Assembly (NCBI GenBank): GCA_963748815.1 | Contig: CAVVKJ010000010.1 | Coordinates: 992,001 to 1,056,000 of the forward strand | Direction of reading: 5' to 3' | Source: an uncultured Gemmatimonadales bacterium | GTDB lineage: Bacteria; Gemmatimonadota; Gemmatimonadetes; Gemmatimonadales; GWC2-71-9 | DNA length: 64,000 nucleotides | Shown here: positions 62,840 through 64,000 of the stretch, in pieces | Layout: each line of letters starts with the position of its first letter | How positions within the stretch are numbered: position 1 is the stretch's first letter | The notes under the pieces: generated by a model | The model's input: only the letters and a program-made list of their open reading frames with translations | The model's database searches: none | Told to the model about the DNA's origin: nothing | Position numbers and translations under genes: made by a program

Positions 62840-63445
62840 ATGTTTCACGGCAGCAGACCAGGTTCCATCGAAGTCATCAGCGGGGTGATGTTCAGCGGCA
62901 AGAGCGAGGAACTCATTCGCCGGGTGCGGCGCGCCATCATCGCCCGGCGGCGGGTGGAGGTGTTCAAGTCCCACCTCGACGCCCGCTACGCCGGCCTCTA
63001 CAGCGTGAGCAGCCACGACGGCCTCGAACTCGATGCCAAGCCCGTGGACACCGCCGCCGAGATCTTCCGGCAGGTGAGCCCCGACTCCGAGATGGTGGCC
63101 ATCGACGAAGCCCAGTTCCTCGACGACGACATCGTGACGGTGTGCACCGCGCTGGCCAACCGCGGCGTGCGGGTGGTGCTGGCCGGCACCGACACCGACT
63201 TCCGCGGCGAGCCCTTCGGCCCGATGGGGTCGCTGATGGCCGTCGCCGAGCAGGTGACCAAGCTCCGCGCCATCTGCGTGGTCTGCGGCGACGAGGCGTG
63301 CCGCAACCAGCGCCTGATCGACGGCGCCCCCGCGCGCTACGACTCCCCCACCATCATGGTCGGCGGCCGCGAGAGCTACGAGGCCCGCTGCCGGCACTGC
63401 CATCGGGTGCCCCGCGCCGACGAAGACCAGCGAGCGTTGCTATGA
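62840..63445 (+). CDS. tdk: Thymidine kinase
   Basis: [36 protein letters not shown]. Confidence 0.97.
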   Translation: MFHGSRPGSIEVISGVMFSGKSEELIRRVRRAIIARRRVEVFKSHLDARYAGLYSVSSHDGLELDAKPVDTAAEIFRQVSPDSEMVAIDEAQFLDDDIVTVCTALANRGVRVVLAGTDTDFRGEPFGPMGSLMAVAEQVTKLRAICVVCGDEACRNQRLIDGAPARYDSPTIMVGGRESYEARCRHCHRVPRADEDQRALL

Positions 63446-64000
63446 TCGTCGCCCTCACCGGAAACATTGCCGCCGGGAAGTCCACCGTCGTCGCCCTCTT
63501 CAAGAGCTGGGGCGCCGGCATCGTGGACGCCGACCAGGTCGTCCGCGACCTCCAGCGCCCCGGCACCGAGGTGTTCCAGCAGATCGTGAAGCGGTTCGGC
63601 AAGGCGATCCTCACCCCCGGTGGGGAAATCGACCGCCCGGCCCTCCGCCGGCTGATCCTGGCCGACACCCGCGCCCGCTCCGACCTGAACGGCATCGTGC
63701 ACCCGGCGGTCCGCGCCCAGCGCGACACCCTGGTGGCCGCCGCCCGCGCCGCCGGCGCTCGAATCGTCATCGCCGACATCCCCCTCCTCTTCGAGGCCGC
63801 CGACCCCGCCGAATTCGACGCCGTCGTGCTGGTCGACGCCCCCGAAGCCACCCGCCTCCACCGGCTGGTGACGATGCGGGGCCTCCCGCGCGAGGACGCC
63901 GAACGGCTGATGGCGGCCCAGCAACCGAGCGCCGGGAAGCGCCCACGGAGCCAGTTTGTCATCGACAACGACGGCGACCGGGCCCAGCTCGAGCGCCGCA
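63442..64000 (+). CDS. coaE: Dephospho-CoA kinase (partial)
   Basis: Not in the ORF track. ATG 63442 gives [39 protein letters not shown]. Confidence 0.95.
   Translation, partial: MIVALTGNIAAGKSTVVALFKSWGAGIVDADQVVRDLQRPGTEVFQQIVKRFGKAILTPGGEIDRPALRRLILADTRARSDLNGIVHPAVRAQRDTLVAAARAAGARIVIADIPLLFEAADPAEFDAVVLVDAPEATRLHRLVTMRGLPREDAERLMAAQQPSAGKRPRSQFVIDNDGDRAQLERR

Overview
GC-rich bacterial window. Gene content and protein style suggest Gemmatimonadota (inference). The left ~23 kb is a respiratory island. On the minus strand it carries a cytochrome c maturation cluster (CxxxY-type ccmE, ccmF, an atypical Tat-signal ccmH, a ccmI-like gene) and a complete membrane-bound group 1 [NiFe]-hydrogenase operon (small, large and cytochrome b subunits, protease, hypABFCDE). 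Divergently, on the plus strand, is a four-gene candidate porin-cytochrome conduit: a 9-heme lipoprotein, a 20-heme NapC/NirT-like membrane cytochrome, a beta-barrel and a 16-heme periplasmic cytochrome (45 heme-binding motifs in total). It is followed by menA flanked by two Hsp20 genes that share a promoter motif. This candidate H2-to-extracellular electron transfer module is the most notable element. The rest is mostly housekeeping: glpK, recF-DUF721, a YtxJ/ECF sigma/anti-sigma redox cassette, gyrB, a lipid-modification trio, pyrimidine nucleoside phosphorylase, ligA, tldD/pmbA, an acyl-CoA synthetase, a BH4-type PTPS-folE-SDR operon downstream of an unannotated 6S RNA, a herA-mre11-rad50-like operon, an aminotransferase, a degenerate DEAD-box protein, HU, tdk and coaE. 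Seven apparent +1 frameshifts (hypE, hypF, the lipoprotein cytochrome, and four in herA) look more like consensus errors than biology. No CRISPR array, tRNA, rRNA or transposase was recognised. All calls come from reading motifs by eye; no database searches were run.
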